Notes: generated by a model from the letters alone, not told the origin. Positions 12,034-20,992 are shown, counted from the first letter of the stretch. The stretch is DNA of 64,000 nt from an uncultured Spirochaetota bacterium (GCA_963745235.1 CAVUXE010000075.1:1-64000), one strand, 5' to 3'. Made by a program: numbers and translations.

Positions 12034-12633
12034 CTACCGCACCGACTCCCACTTGGTGGCGTTCTTTTGGAGGGCCGGGTGGGAAACGATAAGATGCCAG
12101 ATCACGGCGTGGAATGCCTCCGTGTGGGGCGTCACGGTCTTGGGATTCACCGTGGGGACGATGACCGCGGCGTCAGCAACCTTGGCGGTGTAGCCGCCGT
12201 CACGCCCGACAATGCCAACCACCTTGGCGCCAATCTCTTTCGCATACTGAACTGCGCGAACCAGGTTGGGGCTTACCATGGGCTCCAGGCTTCCGCCGCC
12301 GACTGACAGGACGAACAGCATGTCCTTCTTGGACAGGTGGCTGCCTTTCAGCCACTCGACAAAGACCGTTTCCCAGCCTTCGTCGTTCGTCCGCGCGGTC
12401 AGCTCGGAGACGTTGTCCGTTGGCGCGTACGACTCGATACCGGCAAGCTTGCGGAAATCGTTGACCGCGTGAGCCGCGTTTGCCGCGCTTCCCCCGACTC
12501 CCAGGAAGAACAACCGGCCTTCCTTGTCACGAACATCTGCAATGAGGCGGACCATGGATTCGATCTTTCCCGTATCGATGAGTGGAATGATCTTTGCCGC
12601 TTCCTTCAGGTGCGTTGTCGTGTAGTCTTCCAT
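12034..12633 (-). CDS. gmhA: Phosphoheptose isomerase (SIS domain)
   Basis: GVGGSAANAAHAVNDFRK, LTARTNDEGW, TPHTEAFH. Confidence 0.88.
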   Translation of the reverse strand: MEDYTTTHLKEAAKIIPLIDTGKIESMVRLIADVRDKEGRLFFLGVGGSAANAAHAVNDFRKLAGIESYAPTDNVSELTARTNDEGWETVFVEWLKGSHLSKKDMLFVLSVGGGSLEPMVSPNLVRAVQYAKEIGAKVVGIVGRDGGYTAKVADAAVIVPTVNPKTVTPHTEAFHAVIWHLIVSHPALQKNATKWESVR

Positions 12634-13339
12634 GTGGCCTCCGTCTTGTTTTGAAAGAAACTCTCTTGTTTCCTCGAGACCGGTTGTCGTGCCGATCTCG
12701 TAAAAGCGCTGGAATACTTCAACGCCGGCCAGCTGCCCCTTGGCTACCAGCTCCTGGTACAGCGCGGCCAGGTCAAAGGGCTGCTCGGGAGGGATACTGT
12801 CCAAGGCCTCTTTTTTCAACATCCCGAGGCCGTAGTCGATGTACTCCATCTCGAGGCGAGCGTTCCCGCTTGTCGTACCGGACAATCTTCCCGTCTCGGA
12901 ACACCACGTTGCTGGTGTCCCATTTCCCCTCGTTGCGGTAGACGGTCATGAGCCCGAGGGCCCCGGAGGCGCGGAAGCGTTCCGCAACTTCCTTGTAGCT
13001 CAGCTGGAGGTACGAATCCCCATACAGCACGAAGAAGGCGCCGTCAAGGAGCTCCGCCGCGCGCTTCACTGCCCCGCCGGTCCCCAGGAGCCGTGGTCCG
13101 TCTGACACATACTGGATGACAAGACCGAACCTGCCGCCATCGCCAATCTTCTCCCGGATCCTGTCTCCCAGGTGACCCACGCTGAGGATCACGTGCTCGA
13201 TCCCTTGCGCGCGGAGGGCAATGAGCTGGTGCTCCAGGAAAGGCTTTCCGGCCACCTCGATGAGAGACTTGGGGATGGATTCTGTCAGGGGCCGAAGGCG
13301 TGTGGCAAGGCCGCCGCAAAGAATGACAACGGGATACAT
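12634..13339 (-). CDS. hddC: Heptose-1-phosphate guanylyltransferase-like nucleotidyltransferase, one frameshift; in frame with gmhA
   Basis: ILCGGLATRL, PKSL, LLGTGGA, YGDSY, YIDYGL, FYEIGT. Confidence 0.8.
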
Positions 13340-13460
13340 GGTTCTTACAGTTCTCACGCGGGCGCGGAGGTTCCAACCGTGACACGCGGACGGGAAATCC
13401 GCGGCGCGGGGAAATGCGCAATGACCTGAGGGGCCCTGGAGCGCCGCCGTAACTGGCTGC

Positions 13461-14057
13461 TCAGCGGCCGATCAGTATGTCGTGGAGGTAGACCTCCTCC
13501 TGCGCCGCCTTTCCGTTGGTGGACGTCCCATCTGTGGACTTCCCATCGGTGGAAAGGGCGCCTGCAACATCCTCCGCGTAAACCAGCTTCGCGCCCTCCC
13601 GGCGCGATGGCGTCTGGGACTCTATGAACTCCAGTTGATGCTTCTGGCAGAGGTAGGCAAGAACGAAGTCGAAATCGCTCTTTCCCACCAGGACGATGGC
13701 GCGGTAGCCGCGCGTCTTCAGGTCAGCGACCAGCTGGTCCAGCATGTCCTTGTAGAAAACGACGTTGCGTACCGTTCGTTTCAGGAAAAGGAAGCTTTTC
13801 TTGCTGATCTGCTCGATGCCGGAAGGGGTGACCGCGTACTGGATGTTCCTGCTGTTGATCCTCCGGATGATGACCCAGCCCTTCTGAGCGAGCTTCTGGA
13901 GGATCACGTTCGTCATGCCCAGAGATATGCCGACCACCCTCGCGAGGTCCCGCTGCCTGACGGGGCGGTCCTCCGTGTGGTGGTAGATGCTTTCCAGAAG
14001 CGCATATTCATGGTCGGTCAAATCTTGCGTGTTCAAACAGTGAACACAATACTGCAA
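13461..14057 (-). CDS. Winged-helix (MarR-like) regulator of the type found in polysaccharide loci
   Basis: QRDLA..VGISLGMTN..L.KL..KGWV...NSRNIQYAVTP.G. Confidence 0.8.
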   Translation of the reverse strand: MQYCVHCLNTQDLTDHEYALLESIYHHTEDRPVRQRDLARVVGISLGMTNVILQKLAQKGWVIIRRINSRNIQYAVTPSGIEQISKKSFLFLKRTVRNVVFYKDMLDQLVADLKTRGYRAIVLVGKSDFDFVLAYLCQKHQLEFIESQTPSRREGAKLVYAEDVAGALSTDGKSTDGTSTNGKAAQEEVYLHDILIGR

Positions 14058-14170
14058 AAAAAAGAAAAATCAAGCCCCAATTTGCGGGCGCCGTATCACG
14101 CATTTGAACCGCGGACGTGCGCTGAATCAGCGCGCCAAACGCCTTGTTGATTTGCGTCATGGACGGCAAC

Positions 14171-14206
14171 TTGACCACGGAGAGCGGGACGTATAATGTA
14201 ATTACA
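14171..14206 (+). promoter_or_regulatory. Promoter/operator of the mazEF module
   Basis: TTGACC ... TATAAT overlapping palindrome TGTAATTACA (14197-14206). Confidence 0.55.
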
Positions 14207-14221
14207 GAGGGGAAACCTCAG

Positions 14222-14470
14222 GTGAAGACAAGACTGATAGCAATTGGCAACTCTCGAGGCGTACGTATTCCCAAGCCGTTGATAGAGGAAGCGGGCCTTG
14301 ATGATGAGGTGGAGATCCGCGCACGGAAAGGGGAGATAATTATCAGGCCACTGGCAAAACCTCGAGCCGGTTGGGCTGAAGCCGCTAAACTTGCTCATGA
14401 TCGAAAGGAAGATGTTCTGTTGGACCCTGAAATATCGACGCGTTTCGATGAAACGGAGTGGGAATGGTAG
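14222..14470 (+). CDS. mazE: AbrB/MazE antitoxin
   Basis: IGNSRGVRIPK; C-terminal FDETEWEW. Confidence 0.9.
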   Translation: MKTRLIAIGNSRGVRIPKPLIEEAGLDDEVEIRARKGEIIIRPLAKPRAGWAEAAKLAHDRKEDVLLDPEISTRFDETEWEW

Positions 14471-14488
14471 CCCCCATGGCGGCCCCTG

Positions 14489-14812
14489 ATGAATGTGAAA
14501 CGAGGTGATGTTGTCCTGGTAAGTCTGGATCCAGTGGCGGGCAGCGAGATTAGAAAATCCAGACCCTGCCTGGTTGTCTCCCCGGATGAGCTGAACGTCC
14601 ATTTGAATACTTTCATCATCGCCCCGATGACAACGCAATGGCACCCTTACCCTTTCCGCGTCAAATGTGGATTTCAAGGAAAAAGTGGCTATGTCGTCCT
14701 GGACCAGATCAGGACAATTGATCGAGGTCGCATCGCCGGGCACTTGGGGAGACTGCCCGCGCACAATCTGAAGAGCGTTTTTGCCACACTCCAGGAGATG
14801 TTTGCCGAGTAA
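14489..14812 (+). CDS. mazF: PemK/MazF toxin
   Basis: RGDVVLVSLDPVAGSEIRKSRPCLVVSP, LDQIRTID. Confidence 0.93.
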   Translation: MNVKRGDVVLVSLDPVAGSEIRKSRPCLVVSPDELNVHLNTFIIAPMTTQWHPYPFRVKCGFQGKSGYVVLDQIRTIDRGRIAGHLGRLPAHNLKSVFATLQEMFAE

Positions 14813-14858
14813 AGCCCAGCACCTTGACGTCACGGGGGTTGCATAGCAAATTGTACAC

Positions 14859-15080
14859 ATGAAACGCACAAATCTTGTGCTTGATGAAGACCTCCTGAAA
14901 GAGGCCACCAGACTTGCCGGCGGCAAGACGTATTCGGGGACAGTCAACCTCGCGCTCCGGGATTTTGTCAGGAGGGCGCGGGCGCGCCGCATCCTGGAGT
15001 TGGAGGGAACCGGCCTGTGGGAAGGAGACCTCACCGAGATGCGGGCGGACGCGCCTCGCGCGAACAAAGGAAAGAAATGA
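14859..15080 (+). CDS. vapB: VapB antitoxin
   Basis: MKRTNLVLDEDLL..A......TYS..VNLAL...WEGDL..MR. Confidence 0.88.
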   Translation: MKRTNLVLDEDLLKEATRLAGGKTYSGTVNLALRDFVRRARARRILELEGTGLWEGDLTEMRADAPRANKGKK

Positions 15081-15469
15081 TTCTGGTCGACAGTTCGGTG
15101 TGGATTGCTGTCTTCAGAAAGAAGAATCCCTACAGAATCGAAGATTCTCTCGAGCTGGACGAGGTGATCACATGCCTTCCCGTGATCCAGGAGATCCTCC
15201 AAGGATTTCGAGAGGAGCGGGCCTACCGAACTGCCCGGGATGCCATGCTTGCCTTGCCCATTGTCGAATCCCCCATGGAGGAGTCTCTTTTCATGGAGGC
15301 TGCGCAGCTTTACCGTTCCGCGCGGCGCCACGGTCTCACGGTCCGGTCGTCCGCGGATTGCCTCATTGCTGCCTGCGCGTTGCGTCACAACGCCCCGGTG
15401 CTCCATCGTGACCGAGACTTCGATCTGTTGTGTGAAGTATCTCCCTTACAGGCCAAAACCATCCCCTGA
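15077..15469 (+). CDS. vapC: VapC PIN toxin
   Basis: MILVDSSVWI, QEILQG, DCLIAA, HRDRDF; ATGA overlap with vapB. Confidence 0.92.
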   Translation: MILVDSSVWIAVFRKKNPYRIEDSLELDEVITCLPVIQEILQGFREERAYRTARDAMLALPIVESPMEESLFMEAAQLYRSARRHGLTVRSSADCLIAACALRHNAPVLHRDRDFDLLCEVSPLQAKTIP

Positions 15470-15470
15470 A

Positions 15471-15803
15471 TCATGTTCGGGGGCGCGCGGGTCCACCACC
15501 GAAGACAGCGCGCATCCTCGCGTCTGAGACCAACTTGATCGAGACGCGGCGGCCGACCATCGCCGCCGCACGCTGCAGGCTGGAAAGCGTGATGTCGTTC
15601 TTTGGATCAAGCAGCCGGTCAACCTGGGTACGGCTCGTCTTGAGCAGTGACGCCATCTTGTTCTTGGAGATTTTCTTCTTCTTCATGGCCTCGCCGAGCT
15701 GCCACGCGACAACCTCCTTGACCGCCTGTGCCTGCGCTTCTTCGAAGATGCCCCCCTCCTTGAGGAAATCATCGATGCTGGAACCGATATGCTTCTTGCT
15801 CAT
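15471..15803 (-). CDS. XRE/HTH antitoxin; expected stop near 15530 is missing
   Basis: MSKKHIGSSIDDFL, MA..LKTSRTQVDRLLDP, TLSSLQRAA. Confidence 0.85.
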   Translation of the reverse strand: MSKKHIGSSIDDFLKEGGIFEEAQAQAVKEVVAWQLGEAMKKKKISKNKMASLLKTSRTQVDRLLDPKNDITLSSLQRAAAMVGRRVSIKLVSDARMRAVFGGGPARPRT

Positions 15804-16014
15804 CGTTGCAGCTCCTTCTGGCGTTTTCGCGCCAACGGGCGACACAGCGGCATGCCCACCGGCCAGCGCCACTGCGCCCGCAGCAGGTCCTTCCCTAATC
15901 GCTGGGCGCTCGGCCTCCGGCAATGCCTTCAGCCACTCTATCACGGGCTCGCTTCCCCCCCGTGCGCATCAACACCAGCGGAATCTTTTGCGGCTGTTGG
16001 TCTTTTGTCATCAT
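15800..16014 (-). pseudogene. RelE/Gp49-like toxin with an internal deletion
   Basis: KIPLV...EPVIEWLK.L, then (shifted frame) GKDLLRAQWRWPVGMPLCRPL joined directly to the terminal ARKRQKELQR*. Confidence 0.75.
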
Positions 16015-16182
16015 GAACCTTATGGTTCACGTGTACCTTAAAATGTACAGGAGAGCAAGCGCCCGGCTTGCCGCCAGGCAACACAAGTCCTCGCTGGATG
16101 GCACCGGCAATAAGTGGGAAGAATCACCTGTTTCCTGTGACATGTGACTTGATTTCGTGATCAATCACCGTACATTGGTAGT

Positions 16183-16419
16183 ATGAAAGTGAAGACATCA
16201 ATCACACTCTCAAAAGAATTGGTCGCACAGATAGATGCACTTGCGGAAGGAGCTGGCAATCGGTCAGCCTTCATCGAATCTGCCGTTGCAACGTATATCG
16301 AGTTGCTTCGCAGGTCGAAACGTGACCGGGATGATCTTCGTATTCTGAACGAACACTCAGAAAAGCTGAACAGAGAAATGAGGGAGTTCCTCAAGTACCA
16401 GGTGGAGACGTGGGAGTGA
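16183..16419 (+). CDS. Ribbon-helix-helix antitoxin
   Basis: MKVKTSITLS...ID......NRSAFIE.A...RD..DL.ILN. Confidence 0.85.
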   Translation: MKVKTSITLSKELVAQIDALAEGAGNRSAFIESAVATYIELLRRSKRDRDDLRILNEHSEKLNREMREFLKYQVETWE

Positions 16420-16742
16420 AGCGCGCAGAGCTATACCGTGTCCGTCAAGCGCAAAGAGGTGATCCCAAAAAGTCGCGTGTCGTCGTTGTTGTAAGCCGGC
16501 AAGTGTTGATTGACTCAGGGTTCTCTTCGGTCATTTGTGCCCCGATTTACAGCTCCTATCATGCGCTCTCGAGCGAAGTCCTGGTTGGCGCTGATGAAGG
16601 TTTGAAGCATGAGTGTTCAATACACTGTGACGGGCTCATGAGCCTTCCCAAATCCCTTCTTGCCGACTTCGTCGGAATGCTAGGACCTCAGAAGATCGAG
16701 GACCTCAACAACGCGCTCCAGGTATCGTTGGGTCTCAGATAA
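16416..16742 (+). CDS. PemK/MazF-family toxin
   Basis: KRAELYRV....GDPKKSRV.VVVSR...VICAPI...GLKH...IHCD.L. Confidence 0.85.
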   Translation: MKRAELYRVRQAQRGDPKKSRVVVVVSRQVLIDSGFSSVICAPIYSSYHALSSEVLVGADEGLKHECSIHCDGLMSLPKSLLADFVGMLGPQKIEDLNNALQVSLGLR

Positions 16743-16757
16743 GGCCCTAAGACCGAA

Positions 16758-18422
16758 TCATTGAGCCTTTGCCACCGGGATCTGGATCTCGGTCAGCCAC
16801 TGCCGAGGGTCCGTTTCGTTCCATGACCCGAGGTAGTAGTACTCGCGGTTCGGTCCGACCCTCCGGTAGCCATGCTTGGCGATCCATTGTTCCAGCTCTT
16901 GATAGGAGTCTGGGACATGATCGTACGAACCCTGCACGACCATTCCGGCGGCCTTGCAAGGTTCTCTCCGCGTGAACTTTACGCGGCCTCCGTCCGTTCC
17001 GCGGCGCTCCACGGCTTGAACCACTTCCACGTCCTGCTGCTCACCGACTGCTCCGTGGTACACGGTATACGCCGGCGCCGCTGGGACGGTGCCGCTTTGG
17101 CGCAGGTAGCTGTCAAGCTCCTTTCGGAGCTCTGTCTGGGCGTCATAGGAAGGAACGAGGCCCCGCACCGAGGCGACCGGGATATCGTCAAGCCTCTTCA
17201 CCGTAACCGTGCCAGGCGCTTCGTTCATGAGAAGCGCGGCCGTTCTGCGAAGGAGTGTGGAAAAAGCCGAGCCGCTCCTGCCGAAGAACTTCGAGCCGTT
17301 TGCCACGTACGCGAATGTCAGCTTCATTGACGGCACGTACCAAAGCTCCGCCGCATAGCCAAGGTGCCCGCCGGAGTGACCGTACATCACTTGGCTGTTC
17401 GGCAGGGGCACTTCGAGGATCCCCAGACCCACGTAGGAGCCCGTTCTCTGTTCTGGACGCATGTCCGCCGTCATTTCCGCAAGCGTCGACTTGTCGGGGA
17501 GACGCCCCTCCTCGAACAGTGCCTCCATGAAGGCAGCAAGCTCCATCACCGTTGATACAATGCCGCCGTCCGGAGTTCTGCAGGCCTGGTCCAGATTTGT
17601 CACGTCAATGAGGTTCCCCTGATAGTCGACATACCCTCGGGCAATTCCGGGATGCACGGGGTTCTCGGGATCATAGTACGTGCTGTTCATTCCCAAGGGA
17701 GTGAATATCCGCTGTTGGTAGAGCTCTGTCATCGCCTGCCCGGTGACGGCTTCCGCGACAAGGCCCAGGAGCACAAACCCCGTGTTTGAATAAGACCTGC
17801 CCATGCCAGGCGCAAAGGTCGCGGGGTGCCCGCGCACCAGATCCAGCGCCTTGGCCGATGTCAGATCGTGGGCACGGCCGCTGGCCGTGCGTTGTAGCCC
17901 CAGGAATTGCGTGTAGTCAACCACCCCGCTCGAGTGATTGAGAAGCTGCCGAATGGTCGCTGTGTCGGCGTTCGCGATTCCCCGCGTCAGATTCTCCGGC
18001 AGATAGCGCGCCGCGGGCTCGTCCAGCGCCAGCCGGCCCTCTTGCGCCAATTGAAGAATCACCACCGCGGTGAACATCTTGGTGACACTTCCGATGCGAC
18101 TGCGGCTCCCCTCCTTGAAGGGGATGTGGTTTCGCAGGTCAATCAATCCTTTTGCGCCGGCCCACGTGTCGTGGCCGGAACGCACAAGCATGGCAATCCC
18201 CGGGATTCCGTTGGCGACTGCGTCAGAGAGAATAGGTTCCAGGAACCGGGCACTCGGGTGGCCTGTGTTTCGAAAGGGAGCGGTGTCCTGGTTGTCATAG
18301 TAGCCGACGTCCACGATCACAGGCATCGACGCCATGTTGCTGGCAAGCTGCGCGCCGGGCTGGCCGGCGCAGGACACGAGTGTCGCCCAAGAGACAAGCA
18401 CCATCATTGACTTCACGTTCAT
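16758..18422 (-). CDS. Lipoprotein serine hydrolase (beta-lactamase/DD-peptidase fold) fused to a GyrI-like domain
   Basis: Lipobox LVSC; SVTK (SxxK), LLNHSSG, YSN, GHSG; C-terminal GSYD....Y..L..WI...GY...GP.REYY..TEIQIPV. Confidence 0.85.
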   Translation of the reverse strand: MNVKSMMVLVSWATLVSCAGQPGAQLASNMASMPVIVDVGYYDNQDTAPFRNTGHPSARFLEPILSDAVANGIPGIAMLVRSGHDTWAGAKGLIDLRNHIPFKEGSRSRIGSVTKMFTAVVILQLAQEGRLALDEPAARYLPENLTRGIANADTATIRQLLNHSSGVVDYTQFLGLQRTASGRAHDLTSAKALDLVRGHPATFAPGMGRSYSNTGFVLLGLVAEAVTGQAMTELYQQRIFTPLGMNSTYYDPENPVHPGIARGYVDYQGNLIDVTNLDQACRTPDGGIVSTVMELAAFMEALFEEGRLPDKSTLAEMTADMRPEQRTGSYVGLGILEVPLPNSQVMYGHSGGHLGYAAELWYVPSMKLTFAYVANGSKFFGRSGSAFSTLLRRTAALLMNEAPGTVTVKRLDDIPVASVRGLVPSYDAQTELRKELDSYLRQSGTVPAAPAYTVYHGAVGEQQDVEVVQAVERRGTDGGRVKFTRREPCKAAGMVVQGSYDHVPDSYQELEQWIAKHGYRRVGPNREYYYLGSWNETDPRQWLTEIQIPVAKAQ

Positions 18423-18526
18423 CCGCGATTCCTCTCAACTGCCCGGCCGCCGCGCGTTCGAGGCCGGTTCCCGGTCTATTGGCGTTGCGAGATCCCGCTG
18501 CCCTACGGGCCCCGCCTCAGCCGGTG

Positions 18527-18751
18527 TCAGCCGAGCTCACGCCTGCTCGATCGAATGCTCTCGAGTATCTCCTCTCTTGAGATCCCCAGATTGAGGCCTG
18601 GCACGTCCAAGGGAGAGCCCGATTGCTTTTCCGGCTTCAGAATGAACTTCTGCCCGTCCCTCTTTCTGATTCTCACTGCACCTTCTTTTCTGGCCCTTTC
18701 GAGCAAAGACGCTAAACGCTGCCTCGCTTCGGAAAACGTGTATTCCTTCAT
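18527..18751 (-). CDS. Phd/YefM antitoxin
   Basis: YTFSEARQRLASLLE.A..EG.V.I. Confidence 0.88.
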   Translation of the reverse strand: MKEYTFSEARQRLASLLERARKEGAVRIRKRDGQKFILKPEKQSGSPLDVPGLNLGISREEILESIRSSRRELG

Positions 18752-19149
18752 TGATCAGTCACCTCTATTACCGGGACTCCGGTGTCCCTGGCTGCCTGAA
18801 TTAAGCTCCTGTCCAGTGAGATCAGGCTGCAGTGCTGGCTTTGAGCGCATGAGACCACGTAAGCATCGTACGCGTACAAGTTGTTGGCGCCGGCAATCCT
18901 GAGAGCGTCCAGGAGGCTGACTTCCAGGAATCGTATCGGGATCTTGGCGTATGCATGGATGACTTCGGTTGCTTGCTCAAGTGTGAGTCGCTTTCTTTTG
19001 AGCATTGCGGATAGCGCATTCCCGATTTCCCAATGGACTGACGCCGGAGCTATCAGGTCCGCATCCTTTGTGAGGTCGATTATCCTGGCTCGTTCGGGCT
19101 CGCTTGTGAGAACGGCAAGGACTATGGAAGTGTCAACAACTACATCCAT
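18748..19149 (-). CDS. vapC: VapC PIN toxin (toxin-first order)
   Basis: VVDTS, WEIGNAL, YAYDAY, SLD. Confidence 0.9.
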   Translation of the reverse strand: MDVVVDTSIVLAVLTSEPERARIIDLTKDADLIAPASVHWEIGNALSAMLKRKRLTLEQATEVIHAYAKIPIRFLEVSLLDALRIAGANNLYAYDAYVVSCAQSQHCSLISLDRSLIQAARDTGVPVIEVTDQ

Positions 19150-19334
19150 GCGAATCCAAGGTACAATTGTACAACAGTTCTCAAGATTTTCAAAGCGTCC
19201 CTGCGAAGCTATTAAAATCAGAAAAACGGTGGCACAAAAGCAGACTACGCGGTCGAGGCCGCTCACGCGTGGAAAAGACCGTTGCCAATTCCATGCCCAT
19301 GGCCAAATTGGGGCGCTGTAGTGATGCCAGGTAC

Positions 19335-19350
19335 TGGCACCCTTCTTGCA
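19335..19350 (+). promoter_or_regulatory. Sigma54 (-24/-12) promoter
   Basis: TGGCACCCTTCTTGCA matches TGGCAC-N5-TTGCW, 47 bp before the GTG at 19397. Confidence 0.75.
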
Positions 19351-19396
19351 ATGACTGATGCGCTAGCCGGATAATCACAACGGAACAGGAGTCACA

Positions 19397-20992
19397 GTGA
19401 AAACCTGCATTCTGAGCGCGCTTGTTGTCTTCTCCCTGCTTGTGAGCAGCGCGGCCCCTTCCTTCGCGCAGCTGGTTTCGGACCCGAACGACCGTCTCTA
19501 TACCGACCTCGAGCTGTGGATGGATCGTGGCCTGACCGACAAGCTGCCCCCTCTGCGGCCCTACCCCGTTCAGCTGGTGGTGAAAACCCTGCACCAGGTG
19601 GCAGCAAAGGGAAATGACGCTGACCAGAAGCTGGCCACGTTCTACCTTTCAAGAGTCGAGGGCGGCTCCAAATTCCACGCTGTAGCCAGCGCCCTGGGTC
19701 GTACGGTCTTCTCCAGCAGCTACCTGCAGCTGGGCCTGGAGGGCTCCATGCAGGGGAGCATCAACCCGTGGATGACCTACTCCGCGCAGCTGGGGGCGGT
19801 GGGCCTCAGCTCGTTTGGAAACGAGCTGCTCCCGGAGTACCAGCGAAGCACTCTGGACTTCGTCCAGGACACCGGTGTCACCTCAGTCAAGGGCATCTAT
19901 CCCCGCATGAGCATGATCGGGAGCGCCACCCTGGGCAACGATGCCACCTATTTCCAGGCAGGCGCCATCCGCGGGTCGTATGGCCCGTTCTGGGGGGACA
20001 ACGCCGTCCTGAGCCCCACCTCACCCCAGTCAGGCCAGTTCTCATTCGTCTTTCACGACAATGCGATGTCGGGAACCATTCTCCTCATGGATATCTCCGC
20101 AACGGATTCCAGCGGCGGGAGTCTTTCCCCGGAGAAGTTCCTCTCCATCGGAGGGCTGGAGTTTTATCCCTTTGATTGGCTCACGCTCGGGGTTTTCGAT
20201 GCGATGGTTTGGGGCCAGAGGTTCGATCCGCTGTACGTTCTGCCGGTTGTTTCGTTTTACACCGAAGGCATGGCAGGATACCCGGACAACGCGTTCATCG
20301 GTATTTCCGGCGGAGTGAAGCTGCCGGGGGCGCTCAAGGCGAACTTCATTCTCTATGTCGATGATGCCGCATTCAATGACCTGATCAGGCTCAATTTCAA
20401 CACCATGCTCCTGGTTTCCTTCCAGCTGGGTGTCAGCTGGACTCCAAACCTCCCCTACCTCACACGGCTCAGCGTGACGAACCTGCTCATCACTCCCTAT
20501 ACGTACAGTCACGAGAACTACGGGAACTTGACATCAACTGATCCGAATTACCTCAATTACACCAACAACGGCCAGAATATCGGGCCTTCCATCCAGCCGA
20601 ACTCTGACAGGATCGAGGTGGACGCGCTGATCAGGCCGGTGGACTGGGTGGATCTCAACGTGTTCAGCAGGTTCATCATTCACGGGAACGCCTCCGCAGG
20701 GATTCCGCAGCTTGCCGGGAACGATGGCTCCATCAACGATACCGGGATCAACTCCACCGGCGTGGATTATTTCCACACTCTCCGCTTCTTGAGCCAGTCC
20801 GTTCTGGAAAAGGTCATCCAGGCAGGGTTTGGCACCACCGCGTACCTGGAAACTCCTGTTGGGGAAATCCGCGTAGACCTGGGATACACGTTTGAATACA
20901 TCCTGGACGGCTCGGTTGTCGGAACAGGGCCTGTCTCCGGGAACGACGCGACGAACAACTACGTAAGCCTGGGTGTGACGTTCACCTATTGA
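19397..20992 (+). CDS. Outer-membrane beta-barrel protein, possibly Wzi-like (capsule assembly)
   Basis: Signal peptide, LRPYP N-terminal motif, amphipathic strands, G...PNSD motif, C-terminal LGVTFTY beta-signal. Confidence 0.6.
   Translation: MKTCILSALVVFSLLVSSAAPSFAQLVSDPNDRLYTDLELWMDRGLTDKLPPLRPYPVQLVVKTLHQVAAKGNDADQKLATFYLSRVEGGSKFHAVASALGRTVFSSSYLQLGLEGSMQGSINPWMTYSAQLGAVGLSSFGNELLPEYQRSTLDFVQDTGVTSVKGIYPRMSMIGSATLGNDATYFQAGAIRGSYGPFWGDNAVLSPTSPQSGQFSFVFHDNAMSGTILLMDISATDSSGGSLSPEKFLSIGGLEFYPFDWLTLGVFDAMVWGQRFDPLYVLPVVSFYTEGMAGYPDNAFIGISGGVKLPGALKANFILYVDDAAFNDLIRLNFNTMLLVSFQLGVSWTPNLPYLTRLSVTNLLITPYTYSHENYGNLTSTDPNYLNYTNNGQNIGPSIQPNSDRIEVDALIRPVDWVDLNVFSRFIIHGNASAGIPQLAGNDGSINDTGINSTGVDYFHTLRFLSQSVLEKVIQAGFGTTAYLETPVGEIRVDLGYTFEYILDGSVVGTGPVSGNDATNNYVSLGVTFTY

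Noticed and set aside
19280-19300. Second sigma54 promoter on the minus strand (GGGCATGGAATTGGCA)
   Set aside because: It fits the -12 TTGC consensus poorly, and the downstream TA module has its own proximal promoter/operator.
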